A stretch of DNA of 63,298 bases, taken from positions 12,610,742 to 12,674,039 of the forward strand of contig NC_068984.1 of NCBI RefSeq assembly GCF_001194135.2, in the 5' to 3' direction. Shown here one piece after another: positions 36,736 to 49,319 of this stretch (the stretch's first letter is position 1; each line of letters starts with the position of its first letter). The notes beneath the pieces are model-generated. The model was not told the origin of the DNA and did not search any database. It saw only the letters and a list, made by a program, of their open reading frames with translations. Origin of the DNA: Octopus bimaculoides (taxonomy: Eukaryota). Both the position numbers and the translations under genes were made by a program.

Positions 36736-36736
<1 letters not shown>
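36502..36736 (+). mobile_element. 5'-truncated R4/Dong-like LINE 3' end (fragment 1) with 3' UTR, followed by (TAA)n
   Basis: VNVIPIVIGAL...WLKKIG...LLGTARI.RRVLEA* (TGA 36647-36649); (TAA)n 36738-36830. Confidence 0.82.
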
Positions 36737-36809
<73 letters not shown>

Positions 36810-36831
36810 GTAATAATAATAATAATAATAG

Positions 36832-37300
36832 TCAGATATAATTAGTGGATGTTTAAGACGCAAAAGGAGTGCAAAAGGCACCGTGACAACGTACCAGTAT
36901 AAATATACTGGGAATTCTCCAGGTGTATGCGCTAGAATGTTCCAAGTGGTATGAGCATCAACCTTTTCCAGTAGCATAGAACGAGGAGATGAAACTCATA
37001 TAGGATATGTCGATGTACATAGAAAAGAAGCTGCAACACAGCCGCCCGGATATCACTCTCCTACGGAAGGAGTCCAAAGAATGGACCTTCATCGATGTAG
37101 CTATACCCGCAGACCAGAATATTGGGAAGACAGAAAATGGTAAATTCGAGAAGTGCCAAAACGTAGGGACCATCTCAAGGAAAGTAATATTCTCGCATGA
37201 AATACTGCAAAGACCAAACTTTATAGGAATTACACAATTGGCAGCAATACTTGAGGTCGGTAGTCGAGATAAGTTTTGCGCCTCTAAACTGCTGAAAGGA
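36832..37300 (+). mobile_element. R4/Dong-like LINE restriction-like endonuclease fragment 2
   Basis: IISGC (end of CCHC finger), WYEHQP, HSRPDITL, FIDVAIPADQN (PD..D catalytic core), TQLAAIL. Confidence 0.85.
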
Positions 37301-37334
37301 GCTGAGATGTGACATAGAAAGGAGATAGAAAGGA

Positions 37335-37780
37335 GATAGAAAGAATAAAAGAATACAAAATGGGGCATGATAACGTAGTATGTACATTGGAGATTGTGTG
37401 TGACGTAGTGTCTTGAAAGGATATTAAAATGGTATGAGCATAAATCATAACACGTCACTGAGAATAATAAGATCTCGTGGGATTTTACAATCTAGTGTGA
37501 ATCAGTAATTGATGCTCGGAGACTAGAAATTGTTGTAGTTGGCAAACTGATGAAGGAAGCCAAAATCATAGATAGTGACATACTTGAGGATGTACGAGTG
37601 GATGACAAAAGAGCTGGAAAACATTGAAAAGTAGAAGCCATTAAAAGACGAGATTACACGAATGTGGGCAATGAAGGAAATAACTGTCATACCAGTAATT
37701 GTTGGGGCTCTGGGAGCATTAACAAGAAGATTGGAGAAATTTGATGGAGAAGTGAAATCAAGAGTTCTGAGAGGTGAAAT
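37335..37780 (+). mobile_element. R4/Dong-like LINE restriction-like endonuclease fragment 3
   Basis: HDNV, WYEHK, ISWDFTI, DARRLEIVVV, KIID, PLKDEITRMW, ITVIPVIVGALGA; followed by (TAA/CAA)n. Confidence 0.82.
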
Positions 37781-37818
37781 GAAAATAATAATAATAACAA
37801 CAACAACAATAATAATAA

Positions 37819-38004
37819 TTTTAGAGGAGGGGGGATAGTCGATTATATCGACCCCGGTATTTGGCTGGTAATTATTTCCTAGACCCCGAAAAGGATGAAA
37901 GGCAAAGTCGACTTCGGCGGAATTTGAACTCAGAATATAAAGACGGACGAAATGCTGCTAAGCATTTTGCCCGGCGCGGTAACGATTCGGCCAGATCACC
38001 GCCT
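37819..38004 (-). mobile_element. SINE family A (A1)
   Basis: ggatgaaaggcaaagtcgacttcggcggaatttgaactcagaa...ggccagatcaccgcc. Confidence 0.92.
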
Positions 38005-39096
38005 TAATAATAAAAATAGTAATAATGATGATGGCAATGATGCTGCTGCTGCTGCAACTGATGATGATGATGATAATAAGACACACATGTAACTATGCAA
38101 TATTTGCGCATAGCTGTATATGAATATACAAATATATAATCTATCTACTCATATATATCGATGTATTTTGAACAACTTGCGCGTATACTATGGTGATATT
38201 GACGTTGTACTAAAGTGCATGTATGCAACTCCATGTATGTAGCTGCATGTATAATTTTTTAAGCTACATGAATGCAGTTACTGAGCCACATGAACCTGCA
38301 TAATATATGCATATGCGTGACACATCGATCGATAAGCAACATGAATTTTTTTTTCCAAAATGGAGATCGAATTGAATGAAAATTAATGATGTGCTTCATA
38401 TTCTTGTAACCAATTTCTCTATACTATATTATATTATATTATGTTATATTATGTTATATTTATTTAAAACTATTGCAGTAACCAGAACTTTCTGTTCGTT
38501 ATTCAACCAAACTAAGCAGTGCACGAAACTATGAACCTGCCATGAACCCCGAAAAGAAAAATTTTAAATAAATGGCCGAATAAATAAATGAGTCAATAAA
38601 AGCAACAACAAGTATGAACCAGTAAACGAGGAAGGTAACCTTCCAACGTAGGCAAAAATAAAAAAAATAAAAAAAATAAGAAACAGCAGTATATATGTGT
38701 ATGTATATATATATATATACGTATACATATATATATACACGTATATATACACACATGNNNNNNNNNNNNNNNNNNNNNNNNNNNNNNNNNNNNNNNNNNN
38801 NNNNNNNNNNNNNNNNNNNNNNNNNNNNNNNNNNNNNNNNNNNNNNNNNNNNNNNNNNNNNNNNNNNNNNNNNNNNNNNNNNNNNNNNNNNNNNNNNNNN
38901 NNNNNNNNNNNNNNNNNNNNNNNNNNNNNNNNNNNNNNNNNNNNNNNNNNNNNNNNNNNNNNNNNNNNNNNNNNNNNNNNNNNNNNNNNNNNNNNNNNNN
39001 NNNNNNNNNNNNNNNNNNNNNNNNNNNNNNNNNNNNNNNNNNNNNNNNNNNNNNNNNNNNNNNNNNNNNNNNNNNNNNNNNNNNNNNNNNNNNNNN

Positions 39097-39131
<35 letters not shown>

Positions 39132-39424
39132 CATATATACATATATAAGTATATTATATATGTATACATATACATACATATATACGTATATATATGTATA
39201 TATCCATATGTATATACAAATATATATTTATATATTCATTCATATATAAACATATGTATACATATATAATATATATACTTATGTATGTATATATATATAC
39301 ATGCATACATATAATATATATATGCTAATGTATATATATATATATACGTATACATATATATATACACGTATATATACACACATGTTTATATATATATGCT
39401 TATATACACATACATATGCGTGCG

Positions 39425-39466
<42 letters not shown>

Positions 39467-40598
39467 AATGAAATTAAATCCGTAGAAGCCAACAAGTCAA
39501 GCAATGGATAATGAAACAAGTAAATTAATATAAACTTCTTCCCAACAGAGAAACTTAGATGCAACAAACATTCTCCATCCTCAAATCAACAGAAAACATA
39601 AGAACATTAGCCAATCAACCAGCTTAGAAAAGGTTGGGTTGTATATGATACAGGCGGCCATTTAAAAATATCAATTTGATGTTCGACTCAACGACTCATA
39701 TCCAGTTTACCGTCTTCAATAACATTTATAGTCGCTACATTAAGTCTAATTTTATGTCAGAAATTTTTTCCTCCTTCTCTCCTTCGAAAACAAAACTACA
39801 AAACATAATAAGTAAGGAAAAGGTAAAAAAAGCAAACAAAAAAGAAAGAGAAGAAAACATAAGATTCAGACCACTTAAAGTGATCTTAAATGATATCTAT
39901 TGAAACCTTTTATGATTGAAAATTTAGTATTGTTATTGTTTGAGATTGTAAATGTTTCTTTTGTTGTTCTCGTTTTTCCTTTGCATTCTCTCTTTAAAAG
40001 ATGTAATGGTTATTATCGTCTGCTAAAGACGTTAATATTCCATGGAATTCAATAGAACATAATTCTGGAAGTTTTTGGATTAACGAATGAATGGAACAAC
40101 AATAAAAAATAACAATAAGTAAAGAGAAAATAATACAAAGAATAATAAAAATGGTAATGGGAATGAGGGATAGTTTGTAGGTAGAATTGATGGAAAATAA
40201 TTATGAAATGGCTTGAATTAGAGGGCTGGTTGGTGGCGGTGAACGAAGATATCACATGAATGGGATGGAACAATGTTGTCTTAATTTAAAGGGGTGTGAC
40301 ATGAATTCGTTTACAGCACTTTTCCGGGTGGATATCCACAGGTGAAACGGTGAAATCATTTTAAGTAAATAATAGTGATAATAAAGCTATGCTTTGTAAT
40401 GTGGGACCAATAAGAGGGTCAACAGCTTGGCGGAAGCTTCAGCATTCATAAGAAAGACTTCAGGTCAGACTCTGTCATTGTTGTGTTTAAAGAAGAGAAA
40501 AGCTTACAAACAAGGAGACGCAATAGAGTCCTGAAGAGGGAACGGTATGAATGGAAACTATGGATTTTGGCATGTTTGAAGTTGATGTGTTACAGGAA

Positions 40599-40990
40599 TC
40601 TTTTATCTTTATCTTTTACTGGTTTCAACCAGAGGACGAGGCCATGCTGGGGCACCGCCGTTCAAGGTGTTGAATTTCTTTTCTGTACCGTTTCTGGTGA
40701 AGTGGCGAGTTGGACTGAGTTGTTTTTCTTTGTGCCTCCTACCGCGATGCGGGTTCATCTGGTATCTCTGATAAAAATATGAAACGATGGCAGTTACAAA
40801 GAGTATTGATTGAAAAAGCAGAAAAAATGAACTCCCTTTTTAGGGATCAGAAATTGAAAATTTTATAGTTAGTAAATGAAAGGGATTCCACTCGGTACAT
40901 ATTGTTTTGAATGTGGTTGAGAATAGCTGAAGGAAAAGAGGTTAGTTATTCTCGGTAACAGGGAAGTAATCGACCCTTTTCTATCCAAAG
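40599..40990 (-). mobile_element. CR1/L2-group LINE 3' end
   Basis: Minus strand FLSEIPDEP...SNS..HQ, then tail ggcggtgccccagcatggcc...tgaaaccagtaaaagataaaga, like the element at 54296. Confidence 0.7.
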
Positions 40991-41243
40991 AGTCTTTGAA
41001 TGCAGTATTTACACGCTATTATTTAAAGCTTTATCTGCTTCAAGATCACCGTTCCAAAATGAATTATTTTGCGTTACCAAAGTTTCCAAATTGTTATGAC
41101 GTCAACACCATTAATTTATATATGTATATTAATGATTGTCTTTATGTCAAATTATATATAACAGCAACTCAACAGGAAACTGAAGAATTACTCAAAACTC
41201 TTTGGTAGAGTACAATCTTGTCAAACTTTTACACGAAAATGGT

Positions 41244-41285
41244 TGAGAACGACTTCGATGTTTCGGGTTACTCGTTCTCTTCAGA

Positions 41286-41290
<5 letters not shown>
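41244..41290 (-). ncRNA. Hammerhead-like motif (ACTTCGAAGT family) with intact core but poor stems
   Basis: Minus strand CTGAAGA-gaacgagtaaccc-GAAA-CATCGAAG-TC. Confidence 0.38.
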
Positions 41291-41339
<49 letters not shown>

Positions 41340-41677
41340 NNNNNNNNNNNNNNNNNNNNNNNNNNNNNNNNNNNNNNNNNNNNNNNNNNNNNNNNNNNNN
41401 NNNNNNNNNNNNNNNNNNNNNNNNNNNNNNNNNNNNNNNNNNNNNNNNNNNNNNNNNNNNNNNNNNNNNNNNNNNNNNNNNNNNNNNNNNNNNNNNNNNN
41501 NNNNNNNNNNNNNNNNNNNNNNNNNNNNNNNNNNNNNNNNNNNNNNNNNNNNNNNNNNNNNNNNNNNNNNNNNNNNNNNNNNNNNNNNNNNNNNNNNNNN
41601 NNNNNNNNNNNNNNNNNNNNNNNNNNNNNNNNNNNNNNNNNNNNNNNNNNNNNNNNNNNNNNNNNNNNNNNNNNNNN

Positions 41678-41725
<48 letters not shown>

Positions 41726-41879
41726 GGGAGAGTGGCAGAGAGAGAATGTGTCCTTCAAGAATAAAATGATTTGGAGTGTAGCGCCAAGAATATCATCTAG
41801 TAAAAAGGTGAAAAAAATTCCTGATTGAAGTGGATAACAGCCAAGACATTAGATAGAAAGATCTGCAAAAAGCACTGGT

Positions 41880-43590
41880 ATTACAACATCTGAATCTTGA
41901 GAAGGATATGAACCGAGTAAATTCAAACCGTGTAAAGAAAAAGACAAACGTGAAATCATCAACAAAATTTATGATGAGATTGAAGAAAAATCGACAGCAA
42001 GTCTTATTAAAGATATTTGCAAAGCAGTGAAGCTAATAACAAGAACATTTGTACCAAGAAATGATCTTATCAAAGACAAAGATGGTGATATGCTTTATAA
42101 AAAAGGGAGATATAAAGGAAAAAATAGAAAGAATTCTGCTACAGTTAATACGAGAAGAAAACATGCTGATCAAACTGAAAGTAATCAAAGTGATCACTGT
42201 GAAAATTGTTTGCTGAAAGAGAGCCTCCTCTGTTAATGTCTGATGTAAAAAGATAAGCTGCGAAAAGTTTAGAAAGAACGAAAGTCCTGGAGCAGATTGA
42301 CAAAGTGCAGAGCTTTAGAAAAACTGGTGAAGAAGCATTAATGAAATTATTTACATTGTCTGTGCATAAAAATGTGGAATACAAATTTACGGTAGATTCA
42401 TTGGATTAAATGAGTTTAAATCCTATTGCTAACATGGATGAAATAATGCAATTGAAAAAGAAGGGAGATAATTGTGCTGATAAATCATGTTTGTATGATC
42501 CTTCTAAAAAAAAAAAGAAAAAAGAACACTATCAAATTATGCATAACACACGACAAATTATGAGCAGTGATGCAAAAAATGCTTTATTCTGGTGTACGAC
42601 AAAGATGTAGTCTTTGTCCTCTGTTTAGCATTTGTAATGAGGTGAAAGTGTAATGAAGAAACCTTTAGAATGGTTACAATGTCAAATGTATCGATGATAC
42701 TGTTCTCATTGCTTGTAGGTCAGAAGAAGCGAGGATTTTGGTGAAGAAAATGAAAGGAAAATGTGGAGAGTATAGTTCATTATTTAGTTTCACATAAGTG
42801 TATCGAAGGATCAAGGTAATCCTATAATAATTGATATTGAAACTACCGATGTGGTAAATTAGTTTTGACATGTTGGAAGCATTAATATTAACCAATGTAA
42901 TAACTGCAAAGAGATAAAAAGAACTGCAATAAGAAAACGTTCGGTTAACTCTTTACATCATATTTAGAAATACGTCAATACGTAAAAAGATATTGCCAAT
43001 AACGAGGTATGGATCTGAATGCTTGGCCGATGAAAAGTTTCCAAGTTTGGTGTTGTAGAACACAGCAAAGAATTAGCTGAACAGAAAGAAGAAAAAAAAA
43101 AGGACCATTATGGTTTGGTTGGACCGAATTGTACTTGATTCCAGCCGTGTAAGAGAAACAGACAAGCAAAATCCTTCATAATTTGGGCATGTTATGAAGG
43201 CAAATAGTTTACAAAACCTGTTGGTCACTGGAGAATCTCCAGGAAAAAATAAGAGGCTAATAAGAAGGTATAAAACTGGTTGATAACATTATAGAGATAA
43301 CAAAGATAGCGAGCTGGCAGAATCGTTATCACGCCGGAAAAGAATACTTTGCGGCATTTCGTATGTCTTTACGTTCCGAGTTCAAATTGCGCTGAGGTGG
43401 ACTTTCATCCTTTCGGGATCGATAAAATAAGTACCAGTCGATCCCTGGGGTCGATGTAGTTGACTAAGCTACTCCAAAATTGCTGGCCTCGTGACAAAAT
43501 TTGAAGAGAACGTTTTAGAGATAACAGAAATGAAGATGCAGCTACTAGCAAGAAGAGTAGTTATAGTCGAATGAAGTAGTCTTAGAGAAG
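41880..43590 (+). pseudogene. Heavily decayed RTE-like LINE reverse transcriptase
   Basis: Ordered remnants KSPGAD, GEEAL, DDTVLIA (42694-42715), CKEIKR, HVMKANSLQNLLVTGESPGK, W.DNI; many stops. Confidence 0.72.
43303..43515 (+). mobile_element. SINE family A (A1) nested in the RTE remnant, 11-bp TSD
   Basis: tagagataaca at 43292-43302 and 43516-43526. Confidence 0.9.
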
Positions 43591-44097
43591 CTACTCAAAT
43601 TTCTCAGAATGTGAAATTACAGATGAAGATAACTTAACATTTAAGACTTAAAATGATGCACATGTTGCTCATATCCGAAATATGTTTTTGATGAAAGCTA
43701 GCGATTACCTGTAAGATAATTTCGTCTTTGCGTTTGGTTTACAAAATTCTTTATGTAAAATCATGTGCTGAGACAGATTTTATTTAGTATTGACATAACG
43801 AACCTCTCAAGAAACTACAATATCTTCAAGGTATTAATTTGCCAAGAAGTCTGATCACGATACGAGTTAAAAAACTTAACTGAACAAATGCTTTCAGTTT
43901 CCACCATTCTTACTGAATGATATTACAATTTCGCCAAGTCCTTTCAAACACAATCACTAAATAAAGTAAGCCTTAACGAATGTTCATGACGAAAGTTTGT
44001 CGTCTGTCCGCTGGTTGAAAGATACTTCACGTTCAGTTCCAGACACATATACGTCGTTGCTGTTCCGGAATTTAGCTAAGGACCAAACCAAACCGTC

Positions 44098-44530
44098 TTT
44101 CTATTACTATGTTGATCTACAATACATTACATAAACAATAGAATTATAAAAATTATGTTGAATATTTGCTGTAAACTTAGTTACAATCGATGCTGGGCTG
44201 ATTAAGTTTTGCTATCGTTCAGTCATTGTTCAGGAAATTAATAACGGATTTTTCTCTGCAAAATTACAAATGCGAATGCATAAATTTCAATTGTCGCTTA
44301 TTATACTTGTTAAGATTGGAAGAAAAGAAGAGCAGTGGTGAATACTTTGAAGATTAACTTAAATACACACATAAATTACATGCTAAATACATATTAAATC
44401 TTCTCTAAATACACGTTAAATACATGTTAAAGACATTTTTATCTGATGCCAAAATAATAGGCGGTTTCGAAATTAATTAAACAGCATGCAGTTGAAGGAC
44501 GAGAAAGTGAGACGGATAGATTGAAAGAAA
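44098..44530 (+). repeat. Direct duplication copy 1 (partner 48381-48803)
   Basis: About 425 bp with 6 substitutions and one 9-bp indel by eye; weaker homology extends upstream to about 43830. Confidence 0.95.
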
Positions 44531-44702
44531 GGAACTTGGATGAGAGAGGGATAAAGTAAGCGAATAGGATGATAATAGGAGAAAAGATAGTGTAAATGTA
44601 TGAGAANNNNNNNNNNATATATATATATCGTAAAAGAAACGAAAATTATCTCTCTTAATATGAGTATATGCACACTTCTAACTTCTGCCCATTTCTATCT
44701 AC

Positions 44703-44734
<32 letters not shown>

Positions 44735-44778
44735 AAGTATATAAGTATATATAGATATATACAGGTATATATATATAC

Positions 44779-44812
<34 letters not shown>

Positions 44813-44995
44813 NNNNNNNNNNTATATATATATATATATATATATACATATATGTATATATATATAATTAAATATATACAGATATATATATATACATATA
44901 CATATATATGTATATATATATACATAAACATACATACATACAAACATACATATATATATATAGAGATATATAAATATTTATATATGTCTCTATAT

Positions 44996-45050
<55 letters not shown>

Positions 45051-45185
45051 TAGAGAGAATAAATGTTTTCTATGTGAATAAAACTATTACAAATACATGA
45101 TTATAGATGCAGAGGTAAAGAGAGTGAATTAGAAGTAGCATGATATACATATGAAAAAGAAGTTCAATAACAAGAATGGCGCACG

Positions 45186-45278
<93 letters not shown>

Positions 45279-45518
45279 CCCATTCCTACGCACGCGTATG
45301 TAAACACAGATTCATGCATAAAACACCCTCACGTATATAATCAGACAGCTGCAGATGCACTGAATGACCTACGCACAAAAATTCTTAATGAAATAATGTT
45401 TGCTCTTAGAGAATCTTTGTTATTCAAACCATAGAAGTTTTCTACCTTCGTAACTCTTTTTTTCTGTTTGTGATAGAAGAAAACAACCTCTGTCCATTGA
45501 TCATAAGAAACTTGAGTA

Positions 45519-45745
45519 AGGCGGCGAGGTGGCAGAAACGTTAGCACGTTGGGCGAAATACTTAGCAGTTTTTCGTCTGTCTTTATGTTCTGAGTTCAAA
45601 TTCCGCCGAGGTCGACTTTGCCTTTCATCCTTCGGGGTCGATAAATTAACTACCAGTTAAGCACTGGAGTTGATGTAATCGACTTAATCCCTTTGTCTGT
45701 CCTTGTTTGTCCCCTCTATGTTTAGCCCCTTGTGGGCAAAAAGAA
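45519..45745 (+). mobile_element. SINE family A (A2), 16-bp TSD with one mismatch
   Basis: ataagaaacttgagta 45503-45518 and ataagaaactcgagta 45746-45761. Confidence 0.95.
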
Positions 45746-46576
45746 ATAAGAAACTCGAGTAGACAGTAGGTTGCTGATTGATAAGGTTTAATCAGATTGA
45801 AATATGTCTGTAGTGGTCAAAATGCCAGTTCGCCTGCTAACAACTGTAAGATTTCCCCTTTAATCTTGAAGATTCGCTTTTCTCTGGAATTAACTGTTGA
45901 TTTTTTGAAATTATCTCCCTTTCCTGTGAAAATGGCAATGAACTTTTGTCTCCAACATTTTTTCTCTAAGTAAAAAGAAAATTTAGTTCTCTAAGTCTTT
46001 TATGTTCATAATATTCAACCTCTGATCCTTAGACACGCTGTTTTCCCCTTCCACCATTTCTTCGGGTACGAGATGTTTTGACATAACTGTTTCGGCGCCG
46101 TCTACTTCGTGTCATTGATTCGATGCTGATGTCTTTCACAATGACGTTTACTGTATCTCTCATTTTCTCCATATTAACGTGTAAACTTACTTCTCTTTAT
46201 GAGTTAGAAGAAAGGAGGAAAGCTAAATTGTTTTCAAGTGTAAAGCCTCTCACCCTTTCTTACTCTCTTACTCTTTCTACCTGTATGTGAATATTTCTGC
46301 GCGCTCGCGCGTGCTTGCCTCTTGTGCCAAGAAATACAGTCGCCGAAACAGGCTGAATGACCAGTCAGCCGAGCCAAATCATCAGCATCCAATCAGCTGC
46401 GTTCAGTCATCTCAAGTTCCCTTTCTTACCCCTAGTACAACATCCTCTGTTCCTTAGTGTCGGCTGGTCTTAAATTAAACCTATAAAAAAAATCCCAACC
46501 CCATTTTCCACCTCATCTCTCCTCTTATCCTCGATATTATATTTGCAGTCCCAGGTCCAGTCCTAATCAGTTCGTT

Positions 46577-46735
46577 CAGTCCTTACTCCATGAGACGTTG
46601 GCCATTGGAATTTCCTCTCAAGTTTTTCTTACAGCAACTCTCTACTTGCAACTGTCCAACAGGAATATTAACAAAGCTCCAGTTTCACTGGTCAGGGTGA
46701 GGCCTGCAAAGGGCTTAGTTACAATTTCCTCCAGA
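46577..46735. repeat. Diverged direct repeat copy 1 (partner 47542-47705)
   Basis: cttactccatgaga, gaatttcctc, aacaggaa and tcactggtc are shared and colinear. Confidence 0.85.
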
Positions 46736-47207
46736 TCAAACTAATAAAAAGAATCTACCAATTCAAGAAGACTACTGCAACGTTATTTAAAGAAATCTAT
46801 CCTTTCCATTCAGCACACAAAAAATCCCCGAGAATATATAGAAAAGCAACTAGACATAAAAATAGCCATTCTATCAACAACACCGTTTAGCATTTGGGAG
46901 CAATCTCCTCCCTATCAACAATGGTATGTACAGTGAACAACAGCGTTTATGGTCTGACCTCTGTGGGAACTTACTAACACACACAAGTAGACTGTCCAGT
47001 AGAAAATACAAAGGAACCTACCCAAGCTAACCCAATTAGTGTGTGATAAAAGTATCGCATGATGGATCGTGCAGTATGGTTCTCTACTGAGTGGTGAGTT
47101 TCACACACACTTCTGACTGACTACTTGCTTCTGTTCGATCAAAGCTGACTCGAGCTGAGTGACAACAGCAGCAACAGCAACAACAACAACAACTACAACA
47201 ACAACAT

Positions 47208-47256
<49 letters not shown>

Positions 47257-47541
47257 AAACAGCAACAACAGCAATAAAAACAGGAACAAGAACAATATAT
47301 TAAAGTGAAGAGGTACCTTATACGTAGCCATTCGATCTTACCTTTTAGTCAAGAACGGAAAGACAGCACCGATAATCTTTTATTTTCAGGGCGTCTGAGA
47401 TTGGTGAGAGAAAGGGGGGAAAATATCTCGAAACTAGGGACACTTGCAACAGAGCAAATTCCCCTAAAGACATTCAATGCCTAGGTGACGGTTAAATTGG
47501 GTGACGGATTAAGTCAGCCACTCAAAAAAATACAGAAGATC

Positions 47542-47705
47542 CAGTTCTTACTCCATGAGATGTTGGTTCTTAGAATTTCCTCCCAGCATAAGTTTTCCTG
47601 CAAAAGCAATTCGCTTACAACTGTTTAACAGGAACACTAACAGTGCATCAATCTCACTGGTCTCAGTGGGGCCAGCAAAGAGTTTGGTTACATCTTCGTC
47701 CGCAT
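47542..47705. repeat. Diverged direct repeat copy 2
   Basis: See 46577-46735; offset about 965-969 bp. Confidence 0.85.
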
Positions 47706-48380
47706 CACAGAGCATCTAACAATTTCGTCAACCCACAGATTTGGACTGGTAGCTTATTTTATAAACTCTTAAAGCAAAATAGACAAAACTGACATCGTTG
47801 AGATTTGAACGCAGAGTTCAGATACCAATATTGCAAAACATTGTCTTATCTTCTAACGATTCTGCTAATTATAAATAACAGTAAGATCTTAAATTCTTGC
47901 GATAAGGAAAAAAAAAAAAAAAAAAAAGGATGTTAGATACAGAAGAATCAAAGGGTGCAACTAATTTCAGATAAGAGAACTGTAACATATAATGGTGTAT
48001 GCTTGAGTGTACTTGAGAAATGAAGTGATTAAGAAAGTGCTCAGATCTGAAATATAGTTTGGTTTTAAGCTAGCAATTATCTCCAAGATATTAGTTTGTT
48101 AAGAATCCTCATCATGATACGGGTTAAGAAACTTAATTGAACAAATATTGTCTTTCAGGTTCAGCCGTGTTTACTAGAATTATCTTAATTTAAGTTTGTC
48201 GCCGAGTGCCTTTCATGCAAAACTACTAAATGAAGTGAATTTTAACGAATCTTAATGACAAAAGTTTATCTAACATCTACTGGTTGAAATAATTTCTTTA
48301 ACTGGGTCCCAGATTACTGGAGACAAAACAACACACATGCTGTGTTGCTGTTTCGAAATTTAACTAAGCATCAGACCTTT

Positions 48381-48803
48381 TTCTGTTACTATGTTGATCT
48401 ACAATAAACAATAGAATTATAAAAATTATGTTGAATATTTGCTGTAAACTTAGTTTCAATCGATGCTGGGCTGATTAAGTCTTGCTATCGTCCAGTCATT
48501 GTTCAGGAAATTAATAACGGATTTTTCTCTGCAAAATTACAAATGCGAATGCATAAATTTCAATTGTCGCTTATTATACTTGTTAAGATTGGAAGAAAAG
48601 AAGAGCAATGGTGAATACTTTGAAGATTAACTTAAATACACACATAAATTACATGCTAAATACATATTAAATCTTCTCTAAATACACGTTAAATACATGT
48701 TAAAGACATTTTTATCTGATGCCAAAATAATAGGCGGTTTCGAAATTAATTAAACAGCATGCAGTTGAAGGACGGGAAAGTGAGACGGATAGATTGAAAG
48801 AAA
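48381..48803 (+). repeat. Direct duplication copy 2 (partner 44098-44530)
   Basis: Near-identical; weaker homology upstream to about 48065. Confidence 0.95.
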
Positions 48804-49108
48804 GAGAGGGGAGAGAGAGTGAGTAAGGTAGATTGAAACAATATGAGAGAATGCGTGTTTGTGTGTAAGTGAGAGGAAAAGCGCATGCGCGTGAGAAAGA
48901 GATGGTAAGAGTGACTGTACCTTACATAGATCGGTACCCTGGACAGAACTTTGTACATCTTGGTGACCTGCTTCGAGTGATGCAATATTTAAGACAGCAG
49001 TAATGTTGTTAACATAATTTTAAATTGAATTCGTTTTAATTTGTTACATAAGCATGGAGGAGAAAACGAAAACAATATATCTTATAATATTAGTATAAAT
49101 AGAAATAA

Positions 49109-49319
49109 GGCGTCGGACTTGCAGAATCGTTAACATGCCGGACAAGATGCTTAGCGGCATTTCGTCCATCGTTACGTTCTCAGTTCGAATTCCACTGCGG
49201 TCTATGCTGTCTTTTATTCTTCTAGATTTGATAAAAATAAGTACCAGCTGACCACTGAGGCCAATGTAATCGACGTAATCCACCCCAAGCTTGCTGGCCT
49301 TGTGCCAAAACTTAAAACC
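49109..49319 (+). mobile_element. Older SINE family A (A1)
   Basis: ttgcagaatcgttaacatgccggacaagatgcttagcggc...taagtaccag...gctggccttgtgccaaaa. Confidence 0.85.

Noticed and set aside
38709-39384. The same 48-mer on both sides of an N gap (38709-38757 and 39340-39384)
   Set aside because: Low-complexity TA/CA context at contig ends; may be an assembly overlap rather than biology
40288-45863. ttaaagggg ... cccctttaa suggesting Kolobok-type ends
   Set aside because: Similarity stops after 9 bp and the interval is full of unrelated elements
47390-47403. 14-nt micro-exon-like segment between ttttattttcAG and GTgaga
   Set aside because: Not a multiple of three, no host gene context; such site pairs are common by chance
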